From Octopus sinensis (Eukaryota), in contig NC_043011.1 in the NCBI RefSeq assembly GCF_006345805.1, positions 26,114,464 through 26,178,463 on the forward strand: a DNA stretch of 64,000 bases, given 5' to 3'. A program made the translations under genes and the position numbers. Numbering within the stretch: position 1 is the stretch's first letter; each line of letters opens with the position of its first letter. A model generated the notes under the pieces. It searched no databases and was not told where the DNA came from. It saw only the letters and a list, made by a program, of their open reading frames with translations. Below, one piece after another: positions 35,837 through 51,049 of the stretch.

Positions 35837-38800
35837 GCTTCTTTCAGTTTCCATTTAACAAATCCACTCACAAGGATTTGGTTGGCCCAAGGCTATAGTA
35901 GAAGTCACTTGCCCAAGGTGCTATGGAATGGACTGAACCCGGAATCATGTGGTTGGAAAACAAGCTACTTACCACAGAGCCACGCCGAGGGGTTTAAAAT
36001 AGTTACTGAGAAAAAAAAAGGTCTATCTTACCTTTGGTCCAATCAAGCAGAAATCCCGGACTTGATGGGACTGTAACATCTCAGCTAACATTCCATTATG
36101 GTATGTGTTCTTGACAAACCTTTCAGTTCCTGATGTACTGAAATCATTAAGACCAGCAGGTACCTGAAACAGAGGGAATGAGATGATTGGGTGTGGTTGT
36201 TTGCCGGCTGGTTGTTTGGTATTGAACATGTTTTAACGACAGTACTTTTTGGCCCTGGAGGTTAGCACACATAGACACAAACATACATGCCAAAAGATCA
36301 GGTGAGAGAGGAGATGAAAAAGAGAGGGACATTACAATTTATTAACTGAACATAACTGACATAAATACTTTCCCTTTCCTCATACATATAAAGAGAAATA
36401 TCTTTTTTATCTTTTTTTTTATTTTTTACTTGTTTCAGTTATTACACTGTGGCCATGTTGGTGCACCACCTTGAAGAATCTTTTAGCTGAATGAATCAAC
36501 CCCAGTACATATTTTGTTAAGTCTGGTACTAATTCTATCAATCTCTTTTGCCGAACTGCTAAGTAACGGGGATGTAAACACACCAACACCATTTATCAAG
36601 CAATAGTGAGGGGGGCAAACATACACACACACATATATAAAAATAAAATAAATGCACCCTTTTAAAGCCTAGCCAAGCTCACAGGCCCAATTTCCCGGTT
36701 TCAATGGCATATGTGTCTCCCAGTTGGATACGACGCAGCATTACTCATTTTTACCACCTGAGTGGACTGGAGCAACGTGAAATGAAGTGTTCTGCTCAAG
36801 AACACAACGCGTCGCCCGGTCCAGGAATCGAAACCACAATCTTACGATCATGATGTTGACACCCTAACCACTAAGCCATGCACCTCCACATATATATATA
36901 TTTATACAAAAGGCTTCTTTCAGTTTCTGTCTACCGAATTCACTCACAAGGCTTTGGTTGGCTTGAGGCTATAGTGGAAGACACTCCTCAAAGTTATCAC
37001 ACAGTGGGACTGAAACCAGAGCCATGTGGTTGGGAAGCTAGCTTCTTACCACACAGCCACACCTGTGCCTATGCTCGCATACATAAAGAGAGAGGTGGGG
37101 ATTGAGTGAAACATAAAAAATGTCTGATGTCAAATAAGTCAGCATCAAATTAGTAGTGGTGCCAAAACATTTCCTACCCTGAAACAAATCCCAAAAGCAA
37201 CAAGGGTAAAGGCACATGTATGGCCATGCCTTGAAGAATTTTTAATTGAATGAATCAACCCCAGTATTTATTTTCTTCTTTTAAAGCCTGGTACTTATTC
37301 TTACAGAGCTGCCGGAACAAGACGGTATCATATCTTCACTGGCACCACACACACACACACACAGACACTATTCTCTTTAATCACTTCTGATTGCCTGTTC
37401 TCTCTGGTTATATATCTCATTCCTATGCACCAATGTACTTCACATCCCCTCACCAAACATCCATTACATAACCATATCTCTCGCAAAGTTCAGTCATATA
37501 CTTTCCAGTCCTGGTCCGTGGCCTCTTCTCTCACTGACTCTGTACAAGAAAATAACAGATGCAATAATGAAAGAAGCTACATACCTTACAATGAGATGTG
37601 TCTGATCCGGACTTCATGTGAACGGTAGCGTACATACCAGATTTATCGACATTAGTGACATCCATAGCCTCCCTACTTCGGTGATCTACCAAATCAAATT
37701 TCTGAATTTCAAAACACAAAACCTCATAAGCTCGACAATTCTAGACAATTATATAATCATGGGGTGGTGGTGATGTTGGTGGTAATAATGATGATGATGA
37801 TGACGGTGATGGTGGATGACAGCAACAATCATATACAACTCTCATGCAATATCAAGACAGCCACAAACATACACACTCACACACATACAACCACCTAAAA
37901 ATACACACACACACACACAATGAGCTTCTTTCAGTTTCTATCTATGAAATCTACTCAGAAGGTTTTGGTCTGCTCAGGGCTGTAGTAGAAGACAGTTGCC
38001 CAAGGTTCCACACAGTGGAATTGGTTTTGAAATCATGTAGCTGGGAAGCAAACTTCTCAACCATACAAGCATACCTGCACCTCTTCTATATACATTGAAA
38101 ATATAAAAAGCAAAATGAGTGTGTAATCAGTTAAAAACTCACCTTCATGGTCCCTTCCACAGCAGCAATCCCTTCCTTATTGAGAAACATATTATAAGGA
38201 TAGATACGATAAATCACGTCTGTTAGTGATAGGTGTGGATGACTATTCTGAAATTTAAACAAAGTATATTCATATACACAAATTTTACTTATACACACAC
38301 ACACATATATATATATAAATACAGCATCATTGTCATCATCATCCATTTTCCATACTTGCATAGGTCAAACAAAATTCTTTGAGGTAAATTTTTCAATGAA
38401 CACTGAGGACTCGTGGCTGCTCCCACTATACAGAATGTTCAAGATAAATTTGAGAATATTTTTTGGATCTCCTTTTTTCAGGAACAGCTTGTTGCATTGG
38501 TGAACAATCAACAGTGTTGGCAGCATAAATTTGAAGTTGAGAAAAAGTTAGCTGATATAGAGAACGGGAAGCCATCTAAATATTTATATCTTTATTGCCC
38601 ACAAGGGGCTAAACATAGAGGGGACAAACAAAGGGAATAAGTTAATTACATCGACCCTAGTGTGTAACTGGTACTTATTTAATCGACTCCAAAAGGATGA
38701 AAGGCAAAGTTGACCTCGGCAAACAGCAGATGAAATACTGCTAAGCATTTCGCCTGACATGCTAACGTTTCCGCCAGCTCACCGCCTTGAAGCCATCTAA

Positions 38801-41800
38801 ATATGGAAAAAAGAGTTATCTGTATCATGATGATTTGTGCCAGGTGTCAAAATGCCATTATGACTGCTGCTCAATGCTCTGTGAACTCTATAAAGTCTGT
38901 AAGATGTGACAGATGTAACAGAGACTGCAAAGCTGTGGCCAGCAGGAGGGACACAGTAAGTGTTCTGACTGCATCCGCATGCTCAAATTCATTCAACAAT
39001 TGATGAACAGGACCTCAGGCTCAATTGAAATGGCTATGTGAAGCTGCTGGAAACTACGGTCAAACCCTGGCTTGAGAGGGTTGCTGCTGGAAAACCGTAT
39101 GTGTGAGGATTTGGCTCCATGCCATACCACCAGAAAGAGTCAGAAGTGGTTGTTGGAGAATTTCTATGACTTTATCAGCCCCAATTTCTGGCCTTCTAAG
39201 TTTCCCTGATTGTAATCCCATGGAGTACTACGTGCAGGGCATAGATGAGAAAGACACCAACCATTCTGCCTGCAACACCAAAGCTCAGCTGGTGGCCAAG
39301 ATCAAGAGGGTGTTTGAATATCTTCCCAGGCATACAGTGAGGAATGAATGAACCAGGTTCTAGAGCTATCTTGGGATTGAGGTGGAAGCTGAGGGCAACT
39401 ACTTTGAGAAAACTGTTATCTCCAAGACATAATCTAGTTGATATTTTTCATTGTTTTAAAATATTTTTATTTTTGGATGGAATATTGTGTTTTCTTTCCC
39501 TTTTCTGCAAATTGTCAAATTAGCCCAAATACCCTGTACTACCCTTAAGATGAATAACAGAATAAGGAAGAAATGGAGCAAAATCATTTGCATTCTCAAT
39601 CAAGTGTCTCTTTTAACACTCCATCAGTGGAGTGTCTAAGGAAGGAATGATATATATACACACATACACACAATTTTATGTGCTGGTGCCACATAAAATG
39701 CACTAGTGCCAGTGCCATGTGAAATGCACTCAAGTGCCATGTAAAATGCACTCAAGTGCCATGTAAAATGCACTTGTACCAGTACCACCTAAAATGCACT
39801 CATGTCAGTGCCACATAAAATGCACTTATGCTGGTGGAACATTCAAGGCACCCTGCACACTCTGTAAAGCAGTTGGTGTTAAGAAGGGCATCTAGCAATA
39901 GAAACCATGCCAGAACAGACAATGGAGCCTGATGCAGCCCCTGGCCTTACCAGCTCTTGTAAAAACCATCCAACCCATACCAAGAAGGAAAACAGAAAGA
40001 TGATGATGATGATGACGATGAAAGTGTAGTATAATGAAAGAAACTTACTAGAACAGCTATCATAGCTGAAAGATTATCAATGGGAAAGTCAGGTAAACCA
40101 AGAGAAACTGATTCCTCAGTAAGGAGTGTTGTACCAAAAGATAACATCAGAGATAGTCTGTGGAATAAAAAAATTCAGAAATTATTAGTACTTCCTGAGA
40201 CTTCAATCAAGGATTATTTTCCCACCCACTTCCACTGTTCCACCAAATTATCTTTCCTTTCCCATCACCATAGCCTCACTCTCCTCATACACAACACCTA
40301 CTTACCTCTTCCCCACCCACTCCTGCAAACCTACCCAAAAGCATGTCATCTCTCTCTCTCTCTCTCTCTCTCCCATCTTTCTGTTTACTGTATCATTTCT
40401 ATTCTGCTGCTCTGCACTATCAGACATCTCTTACTCCCCCACTCACTCCTGGCCACAATACCCCACTCATTCCTACCCGCCTCATGCCCTCTAACACCAT
40501 ATCACCACTATTTTTATCATTTCCCAGCTCCACCCTGTCACATCTACCCTCTCCACTAGTAGTCATGTAGCTCCTCTACAGCAAGAAACCTGTCCTGCCA
40601 TTTTCTCTCATATTTTAATCCCTCCCTACTCTTCATCTCCTAGCATATCTTTGTCCTCCATCCCTTGGGATTCATAGTCTTGTAAGCTGCATAGTGGTCT
40701 CACTAGTGCTGGTACCATGAAAAAAAATACATCTAGTATTTGTAGTAAAGTGGTTAAGAAGGGCAGCCAGCCATAGAAACCATACCAAACTAGATACTGG
40801 AGCACAATGCAATCCTTAGGACCACTGAATATTGTCAACCCATACCAAGTTCATCCAAGCAGCATGGAACAGACATTAAATGATGTTGATGATGATGTTA
40901 TGGCCTTAAGCTCTTCTCTTAAATTGAGTGGATTAAACTATAATATTAATCTATTGAATAGACCATCAAGTTCAAGTATGCCAGTATCGTTGCTAATAGT
41001 TGTGAGCCCTAAATCTCAATGACATGGCTTTGCCACTGGTGTTGTTAAGTCCTAGTTCAATCTTAATTGCATAAACCATTCAAAAACATTCCAGTTGTGC
41101 CCATCCTGACTTTTTGTGCCTATCTGATGTGTACCACACTTTTCTTAAGCAGTGAGCTGGCAGAAACATTAGCATGCCGGGCAAAATGCTTAGGGGTATT
41201 TCGTCTGCCATTACGTTTTGAGTTCAAATACCGCTGAGGTTGACTTTTCCTTTCATCCTTTCGGGGTTGATAAATTAAGTACCAGTTATGCACTAGGGTC
41301 GATGTAATCGACTTAATCCCTTTGTCTGTCCTTGTTTGTCCCCTCTATGTTTAGCCCCTTGTGGGCAATAAAGAAATAAGATGGTAAGATGTGATCTGAC
41401 AGAATTTGGCTGCTATTTCTAGGAGATCAAATTACTCTGAAGGAGCTTCCTCATCAGCTCCAAGAATACAAAGTGGTGGTACAGTTAAATGTTTCTTATT
41501 CAGATAATATTTAACAGGTAAAAATGCAAGGTATGCTTCACTACTGTTCTACTCAATCCACATACATATAAATAGGTACAATGTGAAGGTACAGTGAACC
41601 CCAATATTAATTTAATATCTTAATACACATAGATTGTCACCTATGTCCAGCAATCCATACAGCAAGACAAGTAGATGCACCAATGAGGAAAGCTATGCAA
41701 TCACTCATTCTACTAGAAATAGTAGGTTGAAAATTCTCCCTCGAAACACACCTTATCATGGTGTGCACACTTCTTAACCATACATCCAGGCCTACACCTT

Positions 41801-44800
41801 CATCATCAACAACATTTAATGCCCATTTTCCATGCTGGCATGGGCTGGACAGCTTGACAAAAATTGGCAAGGCCAGAGGCTGCAGCAGGTACCATTGTCT
41901 GTTATGGCTTGTTTTCTATGGCTGGATGCTCTTCCTAACGCCAACCACTTTACAGAGAATACTGGGTGCTTTTTATGTAGCAGCATCACCAGTTCTTTTT
42001 ACATGACAGCAGTACCAGATATGAAGAAATGAAATCGCAGTAGCTTACTTATTTGATGAGATCTTTGGTCCAATTTCCTGCAACATTTCTAAATGTTCCT
42101 ACAATAGAATCAAAGGAATAAGTTTTATATTAAACATCTGTAGAATGAAATAGTGTTCTGTTAAATATATTTGTTATGTGTATTCACATACACGAAAGTT
42201 CGTTTCACAATCACAAGGTCTAAGATACAAATCTATCACATGACAGCTTCAACAAGTTTCTTTTGTATTTGTTTTTTGTTGTTTTACCATAGCCCTCAGG
42301 TTGAATCAAGCCATTTAAGTGAAATTGGGTAGACAAAAACTGTGTAGATTTCTTGTTACATGGATTGTATCTGTGTTTCAAAACTCCAGCCATGTTATAC
42401 ATTATGTCATGCTGTTTCTGCTCAAGGATTACATTAAGTGAATACATATCTGTGGAATATCCAGCCACTTTTATGTAAATTTAATGAGCAGGTAACTCAA
42501 TAGAAAAAAACAACTGAACACACACACTGCCAAAACTGATGAAGATCCATTTTAATTCCAAGATATCATTATCATCATCATCATTTAAGGTGCATTTTTC
42601 CATGCTTGCATGGGTCAGATAAAATTTACAGAGGTACATTTTCTACAGCTGGATGCCCTGCCTGTCACCAACCCTCACCTACTTTCAAGTAAAATAATAT
42701 TTTTCCAGACATGTTTTTCACAGAAGACTAGAAATAGGTGCAGGCATGGCTGTGTGGTAAGAAACTTGCTTCCCAACAACATGGTTCCAAGTTCAGTCCC
42801 ATTGCATGGCACTTTGGTCAAGGGACTTCTACTATAGCCTTGGGTCAACCAAAGCCTGTCATGTGTGTGCATGTGTGTATGTCTTTGTGTTTATGTCAGT
42901 CTTCCACTGCAGCCTGAATGTAAAAGAAAAGGAAGGAGAAAGAAGTAAATCGGAGAGGGGAGAGAGAGAAATAGAGATATGGAAAATTGCCTTATAAAAA
43001 CAATTCTTACTTTAAATGGTAACGCAGAAATTCCTCGAGCTTGGAACCGAGACCGCAAGGGCGGATCAAGAGGATTGCCTTTGTAACGAGGAACAGGAAG
43101 ACCAAGGGCAATCACTCTGAAATCTTCATGGACCCGAACTAGGTTCTGTTTGTCTAGTTCCTCTTTAGAATAATCCTAAAAGAGAAAAAAAAAGAGGATG
43201 AGAAAACCTTTCTTCAATATTTACCATAACCAAAACACAACTGTTCTGTCATTCTTTGAAGCTTTATAAGGTATATTTTGATATCTATCAAATCCTTAGA
43301 CGGAAACAAGGTAAATATTGTTATAGTTGTTATTGTAGTTTAGCCAAATGCACATGCATGAAAGAAAGCAAAAAAGAAAGAAAGAAGGAAGGACAAAAAG
43401 AATAGGATGGTGACAGACAGACAGCTAGGTAGGTAGAGAGAGAGAGAGAGAGAGAGGCAGGTAGACAACAGGTGGGTAGAGAGAGAGAGAGAGAGAGAGA
43501 TACTGACTTCCAACAACTGGTCATAGCGTGATGCTGCTACCAAGAAGCGACCATCTTCAAGTTGCATTTCTCGATTCTCCAAAAGATTGTTCAGCACAGG
43601 AAGGACATTTCTTTCAGCTTTTTCAATGCCTTCAAGAACCAAAACCCGACCTTTTACAGCAGCATTCACAGCACACTGAATGGAAAAAAAAAAATTAACA
43701 GCCTTTAGCAAGAACATACTTTGTACATTTGCAGTCCACCTTAATCTCTGAAATAAAAGGAAAGAAAAGATCAATAAATACATTAATAAGCTTAGGTGCA
43801 GGCATGGCTGTGTGGTTAAGACGCTCGCTTTGCAACCATGTGGTTTTGGGTTCAGTCCCACTGCACAGCACCTTGGGCAAATGTCATCTACTATAGCTCT
43901 AAGCCAATCAAAACCTTGTGTGTAGATTTGGTAGACAGAAACTGTATGAGGAAGTCCATCGTGTGTGTGTGTGTGTGTGTGTGAATGTGTTTGTACTCAC
44001 CACTATCACTTGACAAGTGGTGTTGGTTTCTTCATGTGCTCATAACTTAGCAGTACAGTAAAACTGACCTACAGAATAAGTGCCAAACTTAAAAATAATT
44101 ACAGAGAGCAATCTTATTCAACTAATACCCTTCAAGGTGATACCTTGCCATGGTTGCAGTCCAATGATTAAAACCAGTAAAGGATTAGATAATGCACAAG
44201 GCCCGAAATTTGGGGGAGGTGGTCAGTCGATTAGATTGACCCCAGCACACAACTGGTACTTAATTTATCGACCTCGAAAGGATGAACAGCAAAGTCGACC
44301 TCGACAGAATTTGAACTCAGAATGTAGTGGCAGATGAAATACCACTAAGCATTTCACCCGGCGTGCTAACGTTTCTGCCAGCTCGCCACCTTCCAACTAA
44401 TCTGATCAATAGAACAGCCTGCTTGTGAAATCAACATGCAAGTGGTTAAGTGCTCCACAGACATGTGTACCCTTAACATAGTTCTAAGGGAGATTCAGCA
44501 TGACACAGAATGTGACAAGGCTAGCCCTTTCAAATACAGGTTCAACTCATTTTTGCCAGCTGAGTGGACTGGTATGCTTCTGATCATAGGTCGTTTCAAT
44601 CAGGGTTGACCTGAGATTAAACAACAAATATCAACAAAGATAGAGACAAAAAAAAACAATATTTACCTGATCAACATAGAATGCATTTCCTGCAAGAATT
44701 TCACGCCGTTGCTTAAGATCAGATTCTGAAGTATCTCTGGACAAAGATACATATTCTACTTCACGTTTTGTCAGCTCCTGCATAAAAAATAAATCATGTA

Positions 44801-44830
44801 GTAGTAGTAGAGGTGGTAGTGGTGGTGGTG

Positions 44831-44913
<83 letters not shown>

Positions 44914-47900
44914 TGCAGCAGTAGTAGCAGTAGCAGCAGTTGCTGCACAATTGATTGTTATATGGAGTGGTTGGCGTTAGGAGGGGCATCCAGCTGTAGA
45001 AACTCTACCAGATCAAGATTGGAGCCTGGTGCAGCCATCTGGTTCGCCAGCCCTCAGTCAAATCGTCCAACCCATGCTAGCATGGAAAGCGGACGTTAAA
45101 TGATCATGATGATGATGATGATTTGGTTTTTCCATTGTGCTCACTATTATCTGTGGTGTTGTCCATTTAAGGGATGTTGTTTACCCTTTCTTGTTCTGAA
45201 CAAGCAGGGCAGACCTACAATCAAAGATACTTCAAATATAACTATACAAATTTAACTCCAGACATAGTGTATCAAGGACTATAATTATCCAATGGTCTTC
45301 TTCCATCATCATCATCATCATCATCATAGTTTAATATCCACTTTCCATGCTGGCATGGGTCGGACAGTTTGACATGGAGCTATCCAGGTTCCAACTGTCT
45401 GTTGTAGCATGGTTTCTACGGCTGGATGCCTTTCCTAATGGCAACCACCTAACAGAGTGTGCTGGCTCCTTTTTACGTGCCACCAGCACAGGTGCATTTA
45501 CACAGCACTGGTACAGGTGCGGTAACACAGCACCTGCATGGGTGCTTATAAAGTGTCACCTGATGGTAATTTTATTTGGTATTAACCAAGGGAGACAAAA
45601 ATACTTACCAAATACATCATGGCCAGTTGTCTTCGGATAGGACCAGGGGAGCCAATCAAAAATACATCTTGTTCCAGTAGATCCTAATAACAAGAGGAAC
45701 AATAAAGAGTGATTAATAGATTTTGAAATATTTATTATAATTAAAAATTCACAATGCACCTAAATACTTCTAGTGGTGCTGTGTACTGAAATGCACCGAT
45801 GCAAAGTGGTATATTGGTGCATTAGTTTACTAATGCACTATAGCACACTATTTGAGAACTGCTGGGATCATCATCATCATCATTTAACGTCCATTTTCCA
45901 TGTTGGCATGGGCTGGACAGTTTGACTGAGGTCTGGAAAGCCAGTGGGCTGCATCAGGCTCCAATCTGATCTGGCAATATTTCTACAGCTGAATGCCCTT
46001 CCTAGTGCCAACCACTCCGAGAGTGCAGTGGGTGCTTTTTACATGCCACAGGCATGTAAGCCAGCCAGGTGGCCCTGGCATCAATCACGTCCTGATGGTA
46101 CTTTTTATGTGCCACCAGCATGGGAGTCAGTCAGGGGGTACAGGCATCGACCACGTTCAAATGGTATATATTACGTGCCACCTGCACAGGAGCAAGTCAG
46201 GAGGCACTGTTATCGACCACATTCATATGTCGCATAAATGTAAACATCCCAATGACAAGAAAAGGCAACCATCGTTAGGCTACTTTAGTGCTGTTAGTAA
46301 CGTACAACTAGTATCACCATCATCATTGTCTTATGTCAACTCTTCTTTTATGATGGCAAGGATTGGACATTTTCTGATGATGTGTTTTATATCCAGATAT
46401 CCTTCTTTATACCTTTTTAGTTGCCCCTTATGACTTGTAAGGACCTAGTGTAACTGTTCTAAAACTGGTATGCATGCAGTATGAATCTACACTCAGTATG
46501 CCTCTGAAAATCAAGATAAAGAGAATACCAGCAAAATCAATATCATTTTCAACATCCACTTTACCATACTTGCATGGATCAAACAGAGTTTATCAAGGCA
46601 GATTTTCTACTGCTGGATGCTCCTCATATTATCAATCTTCACTTGTTACCAAGCAAGATATTAAAAATAAAAGACACTGCTTACACGACAGTGATACTTA
46701 TTTATAACAATCGCAGGACATCAAGATGAGAACACACAAACACACATATGCGTGTACATACATATGATAGGTTTTATTAAATTTCATTGTGTCAAATCTA
46801 GTCATAAGGTTCCAGTTGATTCAAGACTATAGTAGAAAATACTTGCCCAACATGCCACACAGTAGAACTGGACCCAAAACTCATGTGGTTGGCAAGCATA
46901 CTTCTTAACCAAACAACCATGCCTGAATATTTTGTCAGAACACCAAGAGGTCTTTGAAATACTGAGATGTTATATATTTTTTTTAATAATCTAAGAATTA
47001 CACGCTGCTCAATATTACTTATGTAATTTGATGGAGATAAAAAATACACTAGTTAATTCATGAGAGACAACTATTCATCATCATCATTTAACATCCAACT
47101 TCCATGCATGCATGGGTAGGACAGCTGACAGGAGCTGGCCAGGTAGAAGACTACTCCAAACTACTGTGTCTGTTTTGGCAGGGTTTTTACAGCTGGATGC
47201 CCTTCCTAATACTAACCACTCTCAGAGGTGGACTCAGTGCTTTTTATGTGGCACTAGCACAGGTGAGGTCAGTTTTGGCATGCTCTTTACAGCTGGATGC
47301 CCTTCCAAATGCCAACCACTTTACAGTGTGGACTGGATTCAGAAATTTATAAAACACACACAAACAAAAAAACAATAGAGAATATACCTTTTGCATTATC
47401 CATCTTAAATGCCGGAGAACAGCTTGTGATGGGTTTGAACAGACTGAAAGCAAAAACATAATTTTGAAATATTTCAAGAAATAAAATTCAGTTAAAAACA
47501 AACCTCAAAAATTAATTACTTAAATATCTGGGAAGAGTTTTTGAAAATTGTAACCTAATTAACCTTTTTCCATTTAAACTGGCCATATCCAGCCCAAATA
47601 TTCTACCGCTTTATCATCAAACTAACCAAATCTGGCCTCTCGCATCTACCCTACAATGTCATTCTACAAAATTACAATCACATCATTGAAATCTTGAAGC
47701 TAGAAGATAATGCATGATTAATTCAAAACAATGTGAATAAATAAGCTTTAAATTTGACAAAGTAATCTGAATACATTTAGGTTTAATAAACTTTCAGTAG
47801 AGACCCAAAGTTAGCATCATCATCATCATCATCGTTTTACACCTGCTTTTCCATGCTTGCGTAAGTCAGACAGAATTTGTTGAGACATATTTTCTATGGC

Positions 47901-50900
47901 TGGATGCCCTTCCTGTCACTAATTCAGAGAAGCAATAGACTGAGTCAACTAAAATAAAAATGTGTGTGTATCATCATTATCGTTTAATGTCTGTCTTCCA
48001 TGCTAGCATGGGTGGGACGTGTATGTGTGTGTGTGTGTATGCATGTGTGTATGTATGTGTGTGTGTCCTTGTGTATGTGAGTGTGTGTTCATATCTCTTT
48101 GTCTTGATATCACGCAATAGTTGTAAATGAGAGTTACTGTCATGCAAGCAGTGTCGTTCATTTTTCAATGTTCCTCAAAAACATGTCTGGCCATGCAAAA
48201 ATATTACTTTACCTAGAAATAGGCAAAGGTTGGCAACAGAAAAGGGCGTTCGTCCATAGAAAATCTGCATCCTACGCATGCAAGCACAGAAATGTGGACA
48301 TTAAAATAATGATGTTGATGATGATAATGATACAGTGGCTGGTCAAAATCTGTAGGTAAACATTTAGTACAGTATAGAACTGTGAACCGGTAATTAATTT
48401 AAAATACAAATCAAATCAGTGAAAAATTACCCCCCCCCACAAAAAAAACAACACAAAAAGTATTAACAAACAATAACTAATATTTACTTACTGTATTTAA
48501 CCGGTACTAATTCTGGATTCTGTGGTTGTTTAAGCACTTTCTTGATATCACCAATGCTGACATGCTTTGAGGCTAAAAGAAAGAACAAAAATAAAGAAAT
48601 TTATTTTATAACTAGCAGTATCGCCCGGCGTTGCTCGGGTTTGTAAGGGAAATAACTATATAAGCATTTTTAGAGAGTTACTTCCCTTATAAATTCGGGC
48701 TTTCTTAGCCATTTTTGTTTTGGTGTCTTCAAGCCATGAGGTCGTTGTTCTAAAAGAACGCTGGTTTCCTTCACAACGCATTACGACGTTGATTTCTTTA
48801 CACTCCCTTCCCCACAGCTTCACGAGGGAGGGAAGGGGGAGAAGCAAACAGGTGCAGCTGTGAGCGTGGACGCCAACTCCGCCGCCATCGACATACGATG
48901 CATTTTATGCATTAAAATGGAATAAAAAATGATGTTAAATTATTTTTAAAATCGTAGACTCATCGTTGACGCGCGCTAATAGTCAGACGGGCTCGATATG
49001 AATCACGACTATAAGATACCCGAATTTGGTTAAACTGCACCGCAAAATGTGGGAGGAGTTAGGAATCTAAATCGAAGGGGACAGACACTCACACAACTAG
49101 AGTTTTATATATATAGATATGACTAAGTGAAGAATAAATGACTCAGGCATGCTTTCCAACCACATGGCTTCAGGTTCAGTCCCACTGTATGGCACCTAGG
49201 GTAAGTGTCTTCTATTATAGCCATGGGCTAACCAAAGCTTTCAGTAGATTTGGCAAATGGAAACTTAAAGAAGCCTGTAAATCGAACCAAATTCGTCAAC
49301 TGGAATAAAATTGTAGGAGCAGGAGTGAGATCTGGCCAGTTTGAACATAGAACAGGTAGAATTTATGGATCAAATATGGCCAGTTTAAATGCAAAAGGGT
49401 TAAATTTCTCTTGTGTCATCTAGTAATCTGGAATTGAGATTAATCAGTTGAAAAACTCGGACATTTGCACTTAATACAAATTTGCCTGAGACTGACCCAG
49501 ATACAAACTCTCTGATTTAATTAAAACCTCATTAATATTCTTATAATCTGTTATTTTTCCAACGTACCATATTTGATGGCATAGAAGATGCATGGGTATA
49601 TTAGATGCACCCCAATTTCAGCCATACAAAATCTGGGGGAAAAGTTCTAAGTGCATTACAATATAGACACAACTCTGCACATAGGAGCAAGGACGATTTT
49701 TTTTGTTTAGACATTTGCATCTTATATACCATCTAATACAATAACCATTACCTAAAGTAGCCTCACAAACTCTAAAAAAGCAACTAAAATAATAACTAAA
49801 TATGAACTTCAGCTAATGAATAAAAAGAATATAAAAACAACCCTTAATGTCAATACTTCAAGCCACAGGGTATTTCATATATGCTTTCACTAAAATAACA
49901 AAACAATCCACACACACACACATATAGGTGCAGGTGTGGCTGTGTGGTAAGAAGCTTGCTTCAACATGGTTCCAGGTTCAGTCCCACAGCATGACATCTT
50001 GGGCAAGTGTCTTCAACTATAGCCTTGTGACCAAAGCCTTCTGAGTGGATTTGAGACAGAAACTGAAAGAAACCCCTTTGTTTGTGTGTGTGTGTTTTTG
50101 TGTGTCTGTACCCCCACCACTGCTTGACAACCTGTGTTGGTGGTGTTTATGTTTCTGTAACTTAGCATTCCAGTAAAAGAGACTGGTAAAATAAGAACCA
50201 GGCTTTAAAAAAAAAAAAGTACTGGGATCAATCCATTCAACTAAAACTTCTGCAACACTGCAGTTTAATGACTGAAACAAGTAAAAGAAATATGCTCATA
50301 TATATATATATCTTGCAGTCATAAACAATAATCTATAATCATAAACATTATAATAGTTTAAATAAACATTGTCCTTGAGCAAGACACTTTATTTCACATT
50401 GCTCCAGTTCACTCAGCTAGCAACAATGAATGGTACCTGTATTTCAAAGGGCCTGCCTTGTCACATTCTGTGTCAAGCTTAATCTCCCTGAGAACTGCAT
50501 TAAGGGCACACGTGTCCGTTGAGTGCTTCAGCCACATGCACATTAATTTCACGAGCAGGCTATTCTGTTGATCAGATCAACTGGAACTCTTGTTGTCATA
50601 AATGGCAAAGTGCCAAGATCCAAAACTACACTAACCAATATATCCTTCCAATTTTACCAATTACTGATAGATTTCACAAGGAAAGGTAAACATAATAATG
50701 TTTTTTAAAGTTAAAAATTAGGTACAGACATGGCCATGTGGTTAAGAACCTCACTTTTGCAACCACATGGTTTCAGGTTCAGTCCCATTGTATGGCACCT
50801 TAGGCAAGTGTCTTCTATTATACTTGGGCTGACCAATGCCTTTTGAATGAATTTAGTAGACAAAAAACTGCGTGGGAGCCATATATATATATATATATTT

Positions 50901-51018
50901 GACAATCTTTTTCCAAAGAGTGAAACCGGTAAAGTAAATAAACATCTTTTAAATTGCATTTTCAAACCTTCTTTCGTATATAATTCCACTCGTGCGGTAC
51001 CCCACAACTCCACTTTGT

Positions 51019-51049
<31 letters not shown>

